Assembly (NCBI RefSeq): GCF_011045215.1
Contig: NZ_CP049201.1
Strand: one strand, 5' to 3'
Origin: Escherichia coli
GTDB lineage: Bacteria > Pseudomonadota > Gammaproteobacteria > Enterobacterales > Enterobacteriaceae
DNA length: 64,000 nt
The notes below the pieces were generated by a model. It searched no databases. It worked only from the letters and a program-made list of their open reading frames with translations, and had not been told where the DNA came from. Numbering within the stretch: the stretch's first letter is position 1; the number at the start of each line of letters is the position of its first letter. Shown here piece by piece: positions 1 to 12,368 of the stretch. The position numbers and the translations under genes are program-made.

Positions 1-152
1 ATTCCCGCCTGCTTCATTTTCTCTACTCGAACGTGAATCGTCCCCGGACTGACGCCAAATTGTTTCGCCAGTTCGGCGTAAGCGGTGCGCGCATTGCCCA
101 TTAATGCTTCCAGGATGCCACGGTCCAGATTGTCGATTAGATAATTTTCCAT
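1..152 (-). CDS. asnC: AsnC transcriptional regulator, 5-prime portion only (gene continues past window start)
   Basis: Reverse complement of 1..152 translates MENYLIDNLDRGILEALMGNARTAYAELAKQFGVSPGTIHVRVEKMKQAGI, an Lrp/AsnC-type N-terminal HTH; divergent from asnA. Confidence 0.85.
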   Translation of the reverse strand, partial: MENYLIDNLDRGILEALMGNARTAYAELAKQFGVSPGTIHVRVEKMKQAG

Positions 153-303
153 AGGATTTTCTTATGCGGATTGATGATTCATTCTATTTTAGCCTTCTTT
201 TTTAATGAATCAAAAGTGTGTTAGGCTTTTTATTGAATGATTATTGCATGTGTGTCGGTTTTTGTTGCTTAATCATAAGCAACAGGACGCAGGAGTATAA
301 AAA

Positions 304-1296
304 ATGAAAACCGCTTACATTGCCAAACAACGCCAAATTAGCTTCGTGAAATCTCACTTTTCTCGCCAACTGGAAGAACGTCTGGGGCTGATCGAAGTCC
401 AGGCGCCGATTCTTAGCCGTGTGGGGGATGGCACGCAGGATAACTTGTCGGGCTGTGAAAAAGCGGTGCAGGTAAAAGTGAAAGCTCTGCCTGATGCCCA
501 GTTCGAAGTGGTTCATTCACTGGCGAAGTGGAAACGTCAGACCTTAGGGCAACACGACTTCAGCGCGGGCGAAGGGCTGTACACGCACATGAAAGCCCTT
601 CGCCCCGATGAAGACCGTCTTTCTCCGTTGCACTCGGTCTATGTTGACCAGTGGGACTGGGAACGCGTAATGGGCGACGGTGAGCGTCAATTCTCGACTC
701 TGAAAAGCACGGTAGAGGCGATCTGGGCGGGAATTAAAGCAACCGAAGCTGCGGTTAGCGAAGAGTTTGGCCTGGCACCGTTCCTGCCGGATCAGATCCA
801 CTTCATACACAGCCAGGAGTTACTGTCTCGTTATCCGGATCTTGATGCCAAAGGGCGTGAGCGGGCGATAGCGAAAGATCTTGGTGCGGTATTCCTTGTC
901 GGGATTGGCGGCAAGCTGAGCGATGGTCATCGCCACGACGTGCGCGCACCGGATTATGATGACTGGAGCACCCCGTCAGAGCTGGGCCATGCGGGTCTGA
1001 ACGGCGATATTCTGGTGTGGAACCCTGTACTGGAAGATGCGTTTGAGCTTTCTTCCATGGGGATCCGCGTGGATGCCGACACGCTGAAGCATCAGCTGGC
1101 GCTGACCGGTGACGAAGATCGCCTGGAGCTGGAGTGGCATCAGGCGCTGCTGCGCGGTGAAATGCCGCAGACCATCGGCGGCGGTATCGGCCAGTCTCGT
1201 TTGACCATGCTGCTGCTGCAACTGCCGCATATCGGCCAGGTTCAGTGTGGTGTATGGCCAGCTGCTGTTCGCGAGAGCGTCCCTTCTCTGCTGTAA
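304..1296 (+). CDS. asnA: aspartate--ammonia ligase (asparagine synthetase A)
   Basis: 330-aa [22 protein letters not shown]... matches AsnA over full length. Confidence 0.95.
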   Translation: MKTAYIAKQRQISFVKSHFSRQLEERLGLIEVQAPILSRVGDGTQDNLSGCEKAVQVKVKALPDAQFEVVHSLAKWKRQTLGQHDFSAGEGLYTHMKALRPDEDRLSPLHSVYVDQWDWERVMGDGERQFSTLKSTVEAIWAGIKATEAAVSEEFGLAPFLPDQIHFIHSQELLSRYPDLDAKGRERAIAKDLGAVFLVGIGGKLSDGHRHDVRAPDYDDWSTPSELGHAGLNGDILVWNPVLEDAFELSSMGIRVDADTLKHQLALTGDEDRLELEWHQALLRGEMPQTIGGGIGQSRLTMLLLQLPHIGQVQCGVWPAAVRESVPSLL

Positions 1297-1300
1297 TAAT

Positions 1301-2752
1301 TTATCGCCGCCAGCGTCTGAGCAGGCGGCTTCGCATCCCGGTATCAAAGCGCCAGATATGATCGAAAATGCGCATGATGCCGGGTTTGCCATGTGCAGAC
1401 ATCGCCACGGCATGAAAGCGATGCTGATGTACCCGCTGCAGCTCTTTCACTTTACTCGTCACGTCGTCAGGCAACCGCTGGGCGATAAAATCAGAAATCA
1501 CCACCGCATCGGCATCAAACCATTCCCTGCTTTGCAAGCGTTCCATAATGGCGCGAAAACAACTGGCAAGATCGGTGCCGCCACGAAACTGCTGGCTTAA
1601 AAAACGGATTGCTTGTTCGATGCCTTGTGGGCCTGAAAGCTCATAACGGACGATCTCGGTGGAAAATAGCATAATATAGCAGCGCCGGTTTTCAGCGAGA
1701 GCAATGCGCATCAAAGCCAGGCAGAACGCTTTCGCACACTGTTCATTAAAGCCGCCCATTGAGCCGGAAGTATCCACGCAGACAATAAACGGTCCGCGCG
1801 GCTGTTCGTCGTAATCTTTATGCACCACCGGGCGTTCGATCACTTTTTCACGCCACGACTCACCGTGCAGGCGATAGGTGAGCAACTGTTTTTCCACCAG
1901 CCGACGGTAAAACTCATACTCCAGTTCCGTTATCCCTAGTGTCGCCAGTTCTGGCGGCAGAAGACGTAAAATATCATCGCTTTGTTGCAGACCATCAACC
2001 TGCTCAGGAACCGTCGCCGGTTCGCGCACCATGGTGCGGAAGGTTTCCATCTGCGCATCGTTGCGCGGTATTGATTTGGCTTCCCGGGAACGCCCCAGCT
2101 GTTCTGCCAGGCGTTTCAGTTCCGGCTGTTCGTTAAGAAATTCACCGTATTTCACAATCAACTGATAGTCGCCACGTTTAAGCTGACCGGCGCTCATATC
2201 CCACAGACGACCAGCTGCGGTATTGTTATCTGCGAGAATCGGTTCAAGTTGTCCGCTCAGCGTCATGCGTTCCTGAACTTCACTTAACAGTTGTTCGCGT
2301 TCTTCTTCTAATAGCTGTTGATTTAACGTCGTTGCTTGCACGATCAGACTTAAACGCCAACGCTGGAGGAAAAGCGTATGTAACGCTGAAGTGATCGTGC
2401 TGTTAGCATCAACCAACTGTCGGGCTTGTTCTGCCCATGGGGAATTCAGACGATGCAGTAAGTCCAGGATCTGTGGTAGCTGCACAATAAACTGCGGCGT
2501 GGAGAGGAGCTGGCTTTGCTGATAGCACATCACCTCTTCGGTGAGTTCCGGCGGGACTCGGGCATCTTTCAGCCGACTGCGCAGCGCCTCACGCCAGCGG
2601 GGAACATCATCAGTGATTGCCGCCTTCAGTCGTGGGAATTTTTCAAAGAAGACTGCCAGCTGCGGTGAGGCCAGCAGCGCGATGATCATCTCTTCGATCA
2701 ATCCCTCTTCGCTGACGGCCAGCATCACATTAAGCGTATCCAGCGTTAGCAT
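1301..2752 (-). CDS. viaA: VWA-domain protein ViaA (RavA partner)
   Basis: 483-aa ORF convergent with asnA, overlapping ravA stop; matches ViaA/YieM. Confidence 0.9.
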
Positions 2753-4242
2753 TGTTGTGCCTGGCGAATCTGTGCACTGACATCCTGTAGGCTGGCTTCA
2801 ATGCGACCTAACCAGTCGCCAGGGATAAACAGACATCTTTGCTGTTCGCTGAATAAAGCGTGTTGCTTGCGCCAGTCGCTTTCAAGCTCTTCCAGTTGTT
2901 GTTTTATTTCACCTGGCAGACCTTCAGCCGATGAACCGGGAAGTGCCAGCGTACTGCCTTGTAAACTTACATCGCGTACAACAAGATGTTGGGCGCTATC
3001 CACTTCCAGATTCAATTTCTGGGCAAAGCCGATACCGTTCAGTTTGCCGCGAATTTCACCACCTTTACTCAGCCACTGTTCCAGCGCGTTACGCTCAAAG
3101 GAGATATGAACCACTTCCATATCATGCAATTTTAACGGTTTTTGCAGCAGCAGAGTCAGAGTGGAAGCAGTAACGTTAACAGGAAGTTGATACTGCTGAC
3201 GACGGCTGAAAATGCCGCCCAGACGAATTACCGTTAAGGCTGTTTTATCGCTTTGTTGCTGCTGGAGTTGCAGGTGACGTTGCACAATCGCGCCAAGGCG
3301 AGTCAACATCCCTTGCTGTTGCCAGGCGTGACCGGTCATCAATACATCAATTTGTTGTTGTATCAAATTCAGGCTTTGCGCGTCATACCACAGGCAATCT
3401 TTTAGCAAAATGAGATCAACCGGGGCAACAGCACTGCGACCGCTAAAAAAGGCGCTGGCCTGCAATAATCGAATCGCTTTTTTCCAGCGACGATCCGAGA
3501 CATAAGGCGCATCCGGTAATTTATCCAGTTGCTGGCGCAGCATAAAAATCAGCTCAAATACATGATCGGGCAGCGTAATTTCACCAATCTCTTTCTGCCA
3601 GCGTTCATATTCTTCATCTGTGACCTGCAAGGAGGCTGGAACCGGATTGTCATTTTCATCCTGTTGACTGGTCAGCATGGAGCGGAAATTCGCTTTATCC
3701 TGCACTTTATCTAACCACAGACGAATCAGCATGCGGTCATATAACGCTTCCAGACTGCTGTCTGCTTCCGGCAGCTCGTTGGAGGCCGCCACCAGTAGAC
3801 GCATCGGGATTTTTTCTACGTGTGCACCGTTGCGGAACTGGCGCTCGTTAATGGCGGTGAGCAAGGTATTAAGAATTGCCGGGCCCGCTTTCCAGATCTC
3901 ATCCAGAAAGACAATTTCTGCTTCTGGCAGGTAACCGCTGGTTAAACGTTCATAGCGCCCTTCATCTTTTAGCGCCTGAATAGAAAGGGGACCAAAAACC
4001 TCTTCCGGCGTGGAGAAGCGAGTCATCAGATATTCAAACGCGCGGGCATTCTGAAAGGCGAATTTTAAGCGCCGGGCGATCAAACTTTTGGCAATACCTG
4101 GCGGGCCAAGGAGGAACACACTTTCACCACTTAATGCCGCTAATAAACACAAGCGGATGGCGTGGCTACGTTCATAAAGCCCCTTTTCCAACGAACTGCT
4201 CAGGCGGGAAATTCTTTCCGCTAATAAATGAGGGTGAGCCAT
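2746..4242 (-). CDS. ravA: AAA+ ATPase RavA
   Basis: ORF 2746..4266; start placed at internal Met ([14 protein letters not shown]...); Walker A GPPGIAKS present. Confidence 0.9.
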
Positions 4243-4464
4243 AATGAAGTGGCGTCCTTTCGTCAAAAGTTCTGCGTAAATTGCGAGTATAGACGTTTCT
4301 TGCTGGTGGCTAAAATAGTCTCAAAGGGGGGGTATTTTTCTTTGAGCCAGGTTAATGTGGCCGCATTTAGGAGTACGATTTTGCCGTTAATCGTGCATAC
4401 TGTGCGCTTTTTTGTGGGCCAAGGGACTAAGCACACATTTCATATTTCAACGAAAGACTAGTCT

Positions 4465-6333
4465 ATGAGCACTGATAATAAGCAATCATTGCCCGCGATT
4501 ACCCTCGCGGCGATTGGAGTTGTCTACGGCGATATTGGTACCAGCCCGTTATATACACTTCGTGAATGTTTGTCCGGCCAGTTTGGTTTTGGCGTTGAAC
4601 GCGATGCCGTGTTTGGCTTTTTATCGCTGATCTTCTGGCTGCTAATCTTTGTGGTTTCCATTAAATATCTCACCTTCGTGATGCGGGCAGATAACGCCGG
4701 TGAAGGGGGGATCCTGACGTTGATGTCGCTTGCCGGGCGTAATACGTCGGCGCGAACCACATCAATGCTGGTGATTATGGGGCTAATCGGCGGCAGCTTT
4801 TTCTATGGTGAAGTCGTCATAACACCCGCTATTTCGGTGATGTCAGCCATTGAAGGTCTGGAAATCGTCGCCCCGCAGCTGGATACCTGGATAGTTCCCC
4901 TCTCAATTATCGTTCTCACTTTATTATTTATGATTCAAAAGCATGGCACGGCTATGGTCGGTAAGCTGTTTGCGCCGATCATGCTGACCTGGTTTTTGAT
5001 TCTGGCAGGACTGGGGTTACGTAGCATTATTGCTAACCCGGAAGTGCTGCATGCGCTGAATCCGATGTGGGCGGTGCATTTCTTCCTTGAATACAAAACG
5101 GTTTCTTTTATTGCATTAGGGGCAGTGGTGCTGTCGATTACGGGGGTCGAGGCGCTGTATGCTGATATGGGGCACTTTGGTAAGTTCCCTATTCGCCTGG
5201 CGTGGTTCACCGTCGTATTACCTTCCTTGACCCTTAATTACTTCGGTCAGGGAGCGTTGTTGTTAAAGAACCCGGAAGCGATTAAGAACCCGTTCTTCCT
5301 GTTGGCACCGGACTGGGCGCTGATCCCACTGCTGATCATCGCCGCACTGGCGACGGTAATTGCCTCGCAGGCGGTTATTTCGGGCGTCTTCTCATTGACG
5401 CGTCAGGCGGTACGTCTGGGATATTTGTCGCCGATGCGCATTATTCACACCTCCGAAATGGAGTCAGGGCAAATCTATATTCCGTTTGTGAACTGGATGC
5501 TCTATGTCGCGGTCGTGATTGTGATTGTCAGCTTTGAGCACTCCAGCAACCTGGCGGCGGCGTACGGGATTGCGGTGACCGGAACCATGGTGCTGACGTC
5601 TATTCTCTCGACGACTGTGGCACGTCAGAACTGGCACTGGAATAAGTATTTTGTTGCGCTGATCCTGATTGCTTTCCTTTGTGTCGATATTCCATTGTTC
5701 ACCGCTAACCTCGATAAACTGCTCTCCGGCGGCTGGTTGCCATTGAGCCTCGGTACTGTGATGTTTATGGTGATGACCACCTGGAAGAGCGAGCGTTTCC
5801 GCTTGCTGCGGCGGATGCATGAACATGGTAACTCTCTGGAAGCGATGATTGCTTCGCTGGAGAAATCACCGCCCGTTCGCGTGCCCGGGACCGCGGTGTA
5901 TATGTCGCGTGCAATCAACGTCATTCCCTTTGCGCTGATGCATAACCTTAAACATAACAAGGTATTGCATGAGAGGGTTATTCTGTTAACTCTGCGCACC
6001 GAAGACGCGCCATATGTCCATAACGTCCGTCGGGTACAGATTGAACAACTGTCGCCCACTTTCTGGCGCGTGGTGGCAAGTTATGGTTGGCGAGAAACGC
6101 CAAACGTGGAAGAAGTTTTCCACCGCTGCGGTCTGGAAGGATTAAGTTGCCGGATGATGGAAACCTCCTTCTTTATGTCGCATGAGTCGTTGATCCTCGG
6201 CAAACGCCCGTGGTATTTGCGTCTGCGCGGCAAGCTGTACTTGCTGCTGCAACGTAATGCGCTGCGTGCACCAGATCAATTTGAAATCCCGCCAAACAGG
6301 GTTATCGAACTGGGTACTCAGGTCGAAATCTAA
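4465..6333 (+). CDS. kup: low-affinity K+ uptake transporter Kup
   Basis: 622-aa polytopic membrane [33 protein letters not shown]... Confidence 0.95.
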   Translation: MSTDNKQSLPAITLAAIGVVYGDIGTSPLYTLRECLSGQFGFGVERDAVFGFLSLIFWLLIFVVSIKYLTFVMRADNAGEGGILTLMSLAGRNTSARTTSMLVIMGLIGGSFFYGEVVITPAISVMSAIEGLEIVAPQLDTWIVPLSIIVLTLLFMIQKHGTAMVGKLFAPIMLTWFLILAGLGLRSIIANPEVLHALNPMWAVHFFLEYKTVSFIALGAVVLSITGVEALYADMGHFGKFPIRLAWFTVVLPSLTLNYFGQGALLLKNPEAIKNPFFLLAPDWALIPLLIIAALATVIASQAVISGVFSLTRQAVRLGYLSPMRIIHTSEMESGQIYIPFVNWMLYVAVVIVIVSFEHSSNLAAAYGIAVTGTMVLTSILSTTVARQNWHWNKYFVALILIAFLCVDIPLFTANLDKLLSGGWLPLSLGTVMFMVMTTWKSERFRLLRRMHEHGNSLEAMIASLEKSPPVRVPGTAVYMSRAINVIPFALMHNLKHNKVLHERVILLTLRTEDAPYVHNVRRVQIEQLSPTFWRVVASYGWRETPNVEEVFHRCGLEGLSCRMMETSFFMSHESLILGKRPWYLRLRGKLYLLLQRNALRAPDQFEIPPNRVIELGTQVEI

Positions 6334-6339
6334 CGCCAG

Positions 6340-6371
6340 ACGCCTCCTTTCTCCATAAGGGGGCGTTTTTG
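6340..6371 (+). terminator. putative intrinsic terminator after kup
   Basis: ACGCCUCC / GGGGGCGU stem (one G-U pair) with 11-nt loop followed by TTTTT. Confidence 0.45.
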
Positions 6372-6468
6372 TTTTCATGGTTAATCACCATGTAAAACGT
6401 TTCGAGGTTGATCACATTTCCGTAACGTCACGATGGTTTTCCCAACTCAGTCAGGATTAAACTGCGGG

Positions 6469-6488
6469 TCAGCGAAACGTTTCGCTGA
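6469..6488. promoter_or_regulatory. RbsR/PurR-type operator palindrome upstream of rbsD
   Basis: Perfect 20-bp palindrome TCAGCGAAACGTTTCGCTGA 12 bp before the rbsD start; a related half-site (AAACGTTTCG) lies near 6395..6404. Confidence 0.7.
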
Positions 6489-6499
6489 TGGAGAAAAAA

Positions 6500-6919
6500 A
6501 TGAAAAAAGGCACCGTTCTTAATTCTGATATTTCATCGGTGATCTCCCGTCTGGGACATACCGATACGCTGGTGGTGTGTGATGCTGGTTTACCCATCCC
6601 CAAAAGTACAACGCGTATCGATATGGCATTAACCCAGGGTGTACCTTCTTTTATGCAGGTGCTGGGCGTCGTCACAAATGAAATGCAGGTCGAGGCTGCC
6701 ATTATCGCGGAAGAGATCAAACAACATAATCCGCAACTCCACGAAACGTTGCTCACTCACCTTGAGCAGCTGCAAAAACACCAGGGAAATACCATTGAAA
6801 TTCGTTACACCACGCATGAACAATTCAAACAACAAACCGCAGAAAGTCAGGCGGTAATTCGCAGCGGAGAATGTTCTCCGTATGCGAATATCATTCTCTG
6901 TGCTGGCGTGACGTTCTGA
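6500..6919 (+). CDS. rbsD: D-ribose pyranase
   Basis: ORF 6488..6919; start at [22 protein letters not shown]... Confidence 0.93.
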   Translation: MKKGTVLNSDISSVISRLGHTDTLVVCDAGLPIPKSTTRIDMALTQGVPSFMQVLGVVTNEMQVEAAIIAEEIKQHNPQLHETLLTHLEQLQKHQGNTIEIRYTTHEQFKQQTAESQAVIRSGECSPYANIILCAGVTF

Positions 6920-6926
6920 GGCCGTC

Positions 6927-8432
6927 ATGGAAGCATTACTTCAGCTTAAAGGCATCGATAAAGCCTTCCCGGGCGTAAAAGCCCTCTCGGGCGCAGCGTT
7001 AAATGTCTATCCGGGCCGCGTGATGGCGCTGGTGGGCGAAAACGGCGCGGGTAAATCCACCATGATGAAAGTGCTTACTGGCATCTATACTCGCGATGCC
7101 GGTACGCTTTTATGGCTGGGGAAAGAAACGACATTTACCGGGCCGAAATCTTCCCAGGAAGCCGGGATTGGGATTATCCATCAGGAACTGAACCTGATCC
7201 CGCAGTTAACCATTGCCGAAAACATTTTCCTCGGTCGTGAGTTTGTTAATCGCTTTGGCAAAATTGACTGGAAAACCATGTATGCCGAAGCGGATAAATT
7301 GCTGGCTAAACTTAACCTGCGCTTTAAAAGCGACAAGCTGGTGGGCGATCTTTCCATCGGTGACCAGCAAATGGTTGAAATAGCCAAAGTGCTGAGCTTT
7401 GAGTCGAAAGTCATCATTATGGATGAACCGACCGATGCGCTGACCGATACCGAAACCGAATCCCTGTTCCGCGTCATCCGCGAGCTGAAATCGCAAGGCC
7501 GCGGCATTGTCTATATCTCCCACCGTATGAAAGAAATCTTCGAGATTTGCGATGACGTTACCGTTTTTCGTGACGGACAATTTATTGCTGAGCGCGAAGT
7601 GGCATCACTGACCGAAGATTCGCTGATTGAGATGATGGTGGGTCGCAAGCTGGAAGATCAATATCCGCACCTGGACAAAGCGCCGGGAGATATCCGCCTG
7701 AAAGTCGATAATCTCTGCGGACCTGGCGTTAACGATGTCTCTTTTACTTTACGCAAAGGCGAAATTCTTGGCGTCTCTGGTTTGATGGGCGCAGGTCGTA
7801 CCGAACTGATGAAAGTGCTCTACGGCGCACTATCGCGCACCAGCGGTTACGTCACCCTGGATGGGCATGAAGTCGTTACCCGTTCACCGCAGGATGGCCT
7901 GGCAAACGGCATTGTGTATATCTCCGAAGACCGTAAACGTGACGGTTTAGTGTTGGGCATGTCAGTAAAAGAGAACATGTCGCTGACCGCGCTGCGCTAC
8001 TTCAGCCGCGCTGGCGGCAGTTTGAAGCATGCCGATGAACAGCAGGCAGTGAGTGATTTTATTCGCCTGTTCAATGTGAAAACGCCGTCGATGGAACAGG
8101 CAATTGGTCTGCTTTCCGGTGGCAATCAGCAAAAAGTGGCGATTGCCCGCGGTCTGATGACACGGCCCAAAGTATTGATCCTTGATGAACCTACCCGTGG
8201 CGTAGATGTCGGCGCGAAAAAAGAGATCTATCAACTGATTAACCAGTTCAAAGCCGATGGCTTGAGCATCATTCTGGTGTCATCGGAGATGCCAGAAGTA
8301 TTAGGCATGAGCGATCGCATCATCGTCATGCATGAAGGGCATCTCAGCGGGGAATTTACTCGTGAGCAGGCCACCCAGGAAGTGTTAATGGCTGCCGCTG
8401 TGGGCAAGCTTAATCGCGTGAATCAGGAGTAA
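6927..8432 (+). CDS. rbsA: ribose ABC transporter ATP-binding protein
   Basis: 501-aa ORF with duplicated ABC ATPase domains ([17 protein letters not shown]). Confidence 0.95.
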   Translation: MEALLQLKGIDKAFPGVKALSGAALNVYPGRVMALVGENGAGKSTMMKVLTGIYTRDAGTLLWLGKETTFTGPKSSQEAGIGIIHQELNLIPQLTIAENIFLGREFVNRFGKIDWKTMYAEADKLLAKLNLRFKSDKLVGDLSIGDQQMVEIAKVLSFESKVIIMDEPTDALTDTETESLFRVIRELKSQGRGIVYISHRMKEIFEICDDVTVFRDGQFIAEREVASLTEDSLIEMMVGRKLEDQYPHLDKAPGDIRLKVDNLCGPGVNDVSFTLRKGEILGVSGLMGAGRTELMKVLYGALSRTSGYVTLDGHEVVTRSPQDGLANGIVYISEDRKRDGLVLGMSVKENMSLTALRYFSRAGGSLKHADEQQAVSDFIRLFNVKTPSMEQAIGLLSGGNQQKVAIARGLMTRPKVLILDEPTRGVDVGAKKEIYQLINQFKADGLSIILVSSEMPEVLGMSDRIIVMHEGHLSGEFTREQATQEVLMAAAVGKLNRVNQE

Positions 8433-8436
8433 AAAA

Positions 8437-9402
8437 ATGACAACCCAGACTGTCTCTGGTCGCCGTTATTTCACGAAAGCGTGGCTGATGGAGCAGAAAT
8501 CGCTTATCGCTCTGCTGGTGCTGATCGCGATTGTCTCGACGTTAAGTCCGAACTTTTTCACCATCAATAACTTATTCAATATTCTCCAGCAAACTTCGGT
8601 GAACGCCATTATGGCGGTCGGGATGACGCTGGTGATCCTGACGTCGGGCATCGACTTGTCGGTAGGTTCGCTGTTGGCGCTAACCGGCGCAGTTGCTGCA
8701 TCTATCGTCGGCATTGAAGTCAATGCGCTGGTGGCTGTCGCTGCTGCTCTCGCGTTAGGTGCCGCAATTGGTGCGGTAACCGGGGTGATTGTAGCGAAAG
8801 GTCGCGTCCAGGCGTTTATCGCTACGCTGGTTATGATGCTTTTACTGCGCGGCGTGACCATGGTTTATACCAACGGTAGCCCAGTGAATACCGGCTTTAC
8901 TGAGAACGCCGATCTGTTTGGCTGGTTTGGTATTGGTCGTCCGCTGGGCGTACCGACGCCAGTCTGGATCATGGGGATTGTCTTCCTCGCGGCCTGGTAC
9001 ATGCTGCATCACACGCGTCTGGGGCGTTACATCTACGCGCTGGGCGGCAACGAAGCGGCAACGCGTCTTTCTGGTATCAACGTCAATAAAATCAAAATCA
9101 TCGTCTATTCTCTTTGTGGTCTGCTGGCATCGCTGGCCGGGATTATTGAAGTGGCGCGTCTCTCCTCCGCACAACCCACGGCGGGGACTGGCTATGAGCT
9201 GGATGCTATTGCTGCGGTGGTTCTGGGCGGTACGAGTCTGGCGGGCGGAAAAGGTCGCATTGTTGGGACGTTGATCGGCGCATTAATTCTTGGCTTCCTT
9301 AATAATGGATTGAATTTGTTAGGTGTTTCCTCCTATTACCAGATGATCGTCAAAGCGGTGGTGATTTTGCTGGCGGTGCTGGTAGACAACAAAAAGCAGT
9401 AA
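8437..9402 (+). CDS. rbsC: ribose ABC transporter permease
   Basis: 321-aa hydrophobic ORF in rbs operon position. Confidence 0.95.
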   Translation: MTTQTVSGRRYFTKAWLMEQKSLIALLVLIAIVSTLSPNFFTINNLFNILQQTSVNAIMAVGMTLVILTSGIDLSVGSLLALTGAVAASIVGIEVNALVAVAAALALGAAIGAVTGVIVAKGRVQAFIATLVMMLLLRGVTMVYTNGSPVNTGFTENADLFGWFGIGRPLGVPTPVWIMGIVFLAAWYMLHHTRLGRYIYALGGNEAATRLSGINVNKIKIIVYSLCGLLASLAGIIEVARLSSAQPTAGTGYELDAIAAVVLGGTSLAGGKGRIVGTLIGALILGFLNNGLNLLGVSSYYQMIVKAVVILLAVLVDNKKQ

Positions 9403-9426
9403 TAACGACTACAGGACATCTTGAAT

Positions 9427-10317
9427 ATGAACATGAAAAAACTGGCTACCCTGGTTTCCGCTGTTGCGCTAAGCGCCACCGTCAGTGCGAATGCGATGGC
9501 AAAAGACACCATCGCGCTGGTGGTCTCCACGCTTAACAACCCGTTCTTTGTATCGCTGAAAGATGGCGCGCAGAAAGAGGCGGATAAACTTGGCTATAAC
9601 CTGGTGGTGCTGGACTCCCAGAACAACCCGGCGAAAGAGCTGGCGAACGTGCAGGACTTAACCGTTCGCGGCACAAAAATTCTGCTGATTAACCCGACCG
9701 ACTCCGACGCAGTAGGTAATGCTGTGAAGATGGCTAACCAGGCGAACATCCCGGTTATCACTCTTGACCGCCAGGCAACGAAAGGTGAAGTGGTGAGCCA
9801 TATTGCATCTGATAACGTACTGGGCGGCAAAATCGCCGGTGATTACATCGCGAAGAAAGCGGGTGAAGGTGCCAAAGTTATCGAGCTGCAAGGCATTGCT
9901 GGTACATCCGCAGCCCGTGAACGTGGCGAAGGCTTCCAGCAGGCCGTTGCTGCTCACAAGTTTAATGTTCTTGCCAGCCAGCCAGCAGATTTTGATCGCA
10001 CCAAAGGTTTGAACGTAATGCAGAACCTGTTGACCGCTCATCCGGATGTTCAGGCTGTATTTGCGCAGAATGATGAAATGGCGCTGGGCGCGCTGCGCGC
10101 ACTGCAAACTGCCGGTAAATCGGATGTGATGGTCGTCGGATTTGACGGTACACCGGATGGCGAAAAAGCGGTTAATGATGGCAAACTAGCAGCGACTATC
10201 GCTCAGCTACCCGATCAGATTGGCGCGAAAGGCGTTGAAACCGCAGATAAAGTGCTGAAAGGCGAGAAAGTTCAGGCTAAGTATCCGGTTGATCTAAAAC
10301 TGGTTGTTAAGCAGTAG
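9427..10317 (+). CDS. rbsB: ribose-binding periplasmic protein
   Basis: ORF 9421..10317; start at [23 protein letters not shown] (signal peptide). Confidence 0.95.
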   Translation: MNMKKLATLVSAVALSATVSANAMAKDTIALVVSTLNNPFFVSLKDGAQKEADKLGYNLVVLDSQNNPAKELANVQDLTVRGTKILLINPTDSDAVGNAVKMANQANIPVITLDRQATKGEVVSHIASDNVLGGKIAGDYIAKKAGEGAKVIELQGIAGTSAARERGEGFQQAVAAHKFNVLASQPADFDRTKGLNVMQNLLTAHPDVQAVFAQNDEMALGALRALQTAGKSDVMVVGFDGTPDGEKAVNDGKLAATIAQLPDQIGAKGVETADKVLKGEKVQAKYPVDLKLVVKQ

Positions 10318-10442
10318 TTTTAATCAGGTTGTATGACCTGATGGTGACATAAATACGTCATCGACAGATGAACGTGTAATATAAAGAAAAGCAGGGCACG
10401 CGCCACCCTAACACGGTGGCGCATTTTATGGACATCCCGAAT

Positions 10443-11372
10443 ATGCAAAACGCAGGCAGCCTCGTTGTTCTTGGCAGCATTAATGCTGACCACATTCTTA
10501 ATCTTCAATCTTTTCCTACTCCAGGCGAAACCGTAACCGGTAACCACTATCAGGTTGCATTTGGCGGCAAAGGCGCGAATCAGGCTGTGGCTGCTGGGCG
10601 TAGCGGTGCAAATATCGCGTTTATTGCCTGTACTGGCGATGACAGCATTGGCGAGAGCGTTCGCCAGCAGCTCGCCACTGATAACATCGATATTACTCCG
10701 GTCAGCGTGATCAAAGGCGAATCAACAGGTGTGGCGCTGATTTTTGTTAATGGCGAAGGTGAGAATGTCATTGGTATTCATGCCGGCGCTAATGCTGCCC
10801 TTTCCCCGGCGCTGGTGGAAGCGCAACGTGAGCGTATTGCCAACGCGTCAGCATTATTAATGCAGCTGGAATCACCACTCGAAAGTGTGATGGCAGCGGC
10901 GAAAATCGCCCATCAAAATAAGACTATCGTTGCGCTTAACCCGGCTCCGGCTCGCGAACTTCCTGACGAACTGCTGGCGCTGGTGGACATTATTACGCCA
11001 AACGAAACGGAAGCAGAAAAGCTCACAGGTATTCGTGTTGAAAATGATGAAGATGCAGCGAAGGCGGCGCAGGTACTGCATGAAAAAGGTATCCGTACTG
11101 TACTGATTACTTTAGGAAGTCGTGGTGTATGGGCTAGCGTGAATGGTGAAGGTCAGCGCGTTCCTGGATTCCGGGTGCAGGCTGTCGATACCATTGCTGC
11201 CGGAGATACCTTTAACGGCGCGTTAATCACGGCGTTGCTGGAAGAAAAACCATTGCCAGAGGCGATTCGTTTTGCCCATGCCGCCGCTGCGATTGCCGTA
11301 ACACGTAAAGGCGCACAACCTTCCGTACCGTGGCGTGAAGAGATCGACGCATTTTTAGACAGGCAGAGGTGA
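10443..11372 (+). CDS. rbsK: ribokinase
   Basis: ORF 10416..11372; start at MQNAGSLVVLGSINADHIL; PfkB motifs including GAGDTF. Confidence 0.93.
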   Translation: MQNAGSLVVLGSINADHILNLQSFPTPGETVTGNHYQVAFGGKGANQAVAAGRSGANIAFIACTGDDSIGESVRQQLATDNIDITPVSVIKGESTGVALIFVNGEGENVIGIHAGANAALSPALVEAQRERIANASALLMQLESPLESVMAAAKIAHQNKTIVALNPAPARELPDELLALVDIITPNETEAEKLTGIRVENDEDAAKAAQVLHEKGIRTVLITLGSRGVWASVNGEGQRVPGFRVQAVDTIAAGDTFNGALITALLEEKPLPEAIRFAHAAAAIAVTRKGAQPSVPWREEIDAFLDRQR

Positions 11373-11375
11373 CGC

Positions 11376-12368
11376 TTGGCTACAATGAAAGATGTTGCCC
11401 GCCTGGCGGGCGTTTCTACCTCAACAGTTTCTCACGTTATCAATAAAGATCGCTTCGTCAGTGAAGCGATTACCGCCAAAGTTGAAGCGGCGATTAAAGA
11501 ACTCAATTACGCGCCATCAGCTCTGGCGCGTAGCCTCAAACTCAATCAAACACATACCATTGGCATGTTGATCACTGCCAGTACTAATCCTTTCTATTCA
11601 GAACTGGTGCGTGGCGTTGAACGCAGCTGCTTCGAACGCGGTTATAGTCTCGTCCTTTGCAATACCGAAGGCGATGAACAGCGGATGAATCGCAATCTGG
11701 AAACGCTGATGCAAAAACGCGTTGATGGCTTGCTGTTACTGTGCACCGAAACGCATCAGCCTTCGCGTGAAATCATGCAACGTTATCCGACAGTACCTAC
11801 TGTGATGATGGACTGGGCTCCGTTCGATGGCGACAGCGATCTTATTCAGGATAACTCGTTGCTGGGCGGAGACTTAGCAACGCAATATCTGATCGATAAA
11901 GGTCATACCCGTATCGCCTGTATTACCGGCCCGCTGGATAAAACTCCGGCGCGCCTGCGGTTGGAAGGTTATCGGGCGGCGATGAAACGTGCGGGTCTCA
12001 ACATTCCTGATGGCTATGAAGTCACTGGTGATTTTGAATTTAACGGCGGGTTTGACGCTATGCGCCAACTGCTATCACATCCGCTGCGTCCTCAGGCCGT
12101 CTTTACCGGAAATGACGCTATGGCTGTTGGCGTTTACCAGGCGTTATATCAGGCAGAGTTACAGGTTCCGCAGGATATCGCGGTGATTGGCTATGACGAT
12201 ATCGAACTGGCAAGCTTTATGACGCCACCATTAACCACGATCCATCAACCAAAAGATGAACTGGGGGAGCTGGCGATTGATGTACTCATCCATCGGATAA
12301 CCCAGCCGACCCTTCAGCAACAACGATTACAACTTACTCCGATTCTGATGGAACGTGGTTCGGCTTAG
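11376..12368 (+). CDS. rbsR: ribose operon repressor (LacI family)
   Basis: 330-aa [33 protein letters not shown]... Confidence 0.95.

Noticed and set aside
10400-10422. Hairpin GCGCCACC-N7-GGTGGCGC just before the rbsK start
   Set aside because: Only a short T-rich tail follows and it sits inside an operon. It may modulate rbsK translation or be a weak attenuator, but evidence is too thin to call a terminator.
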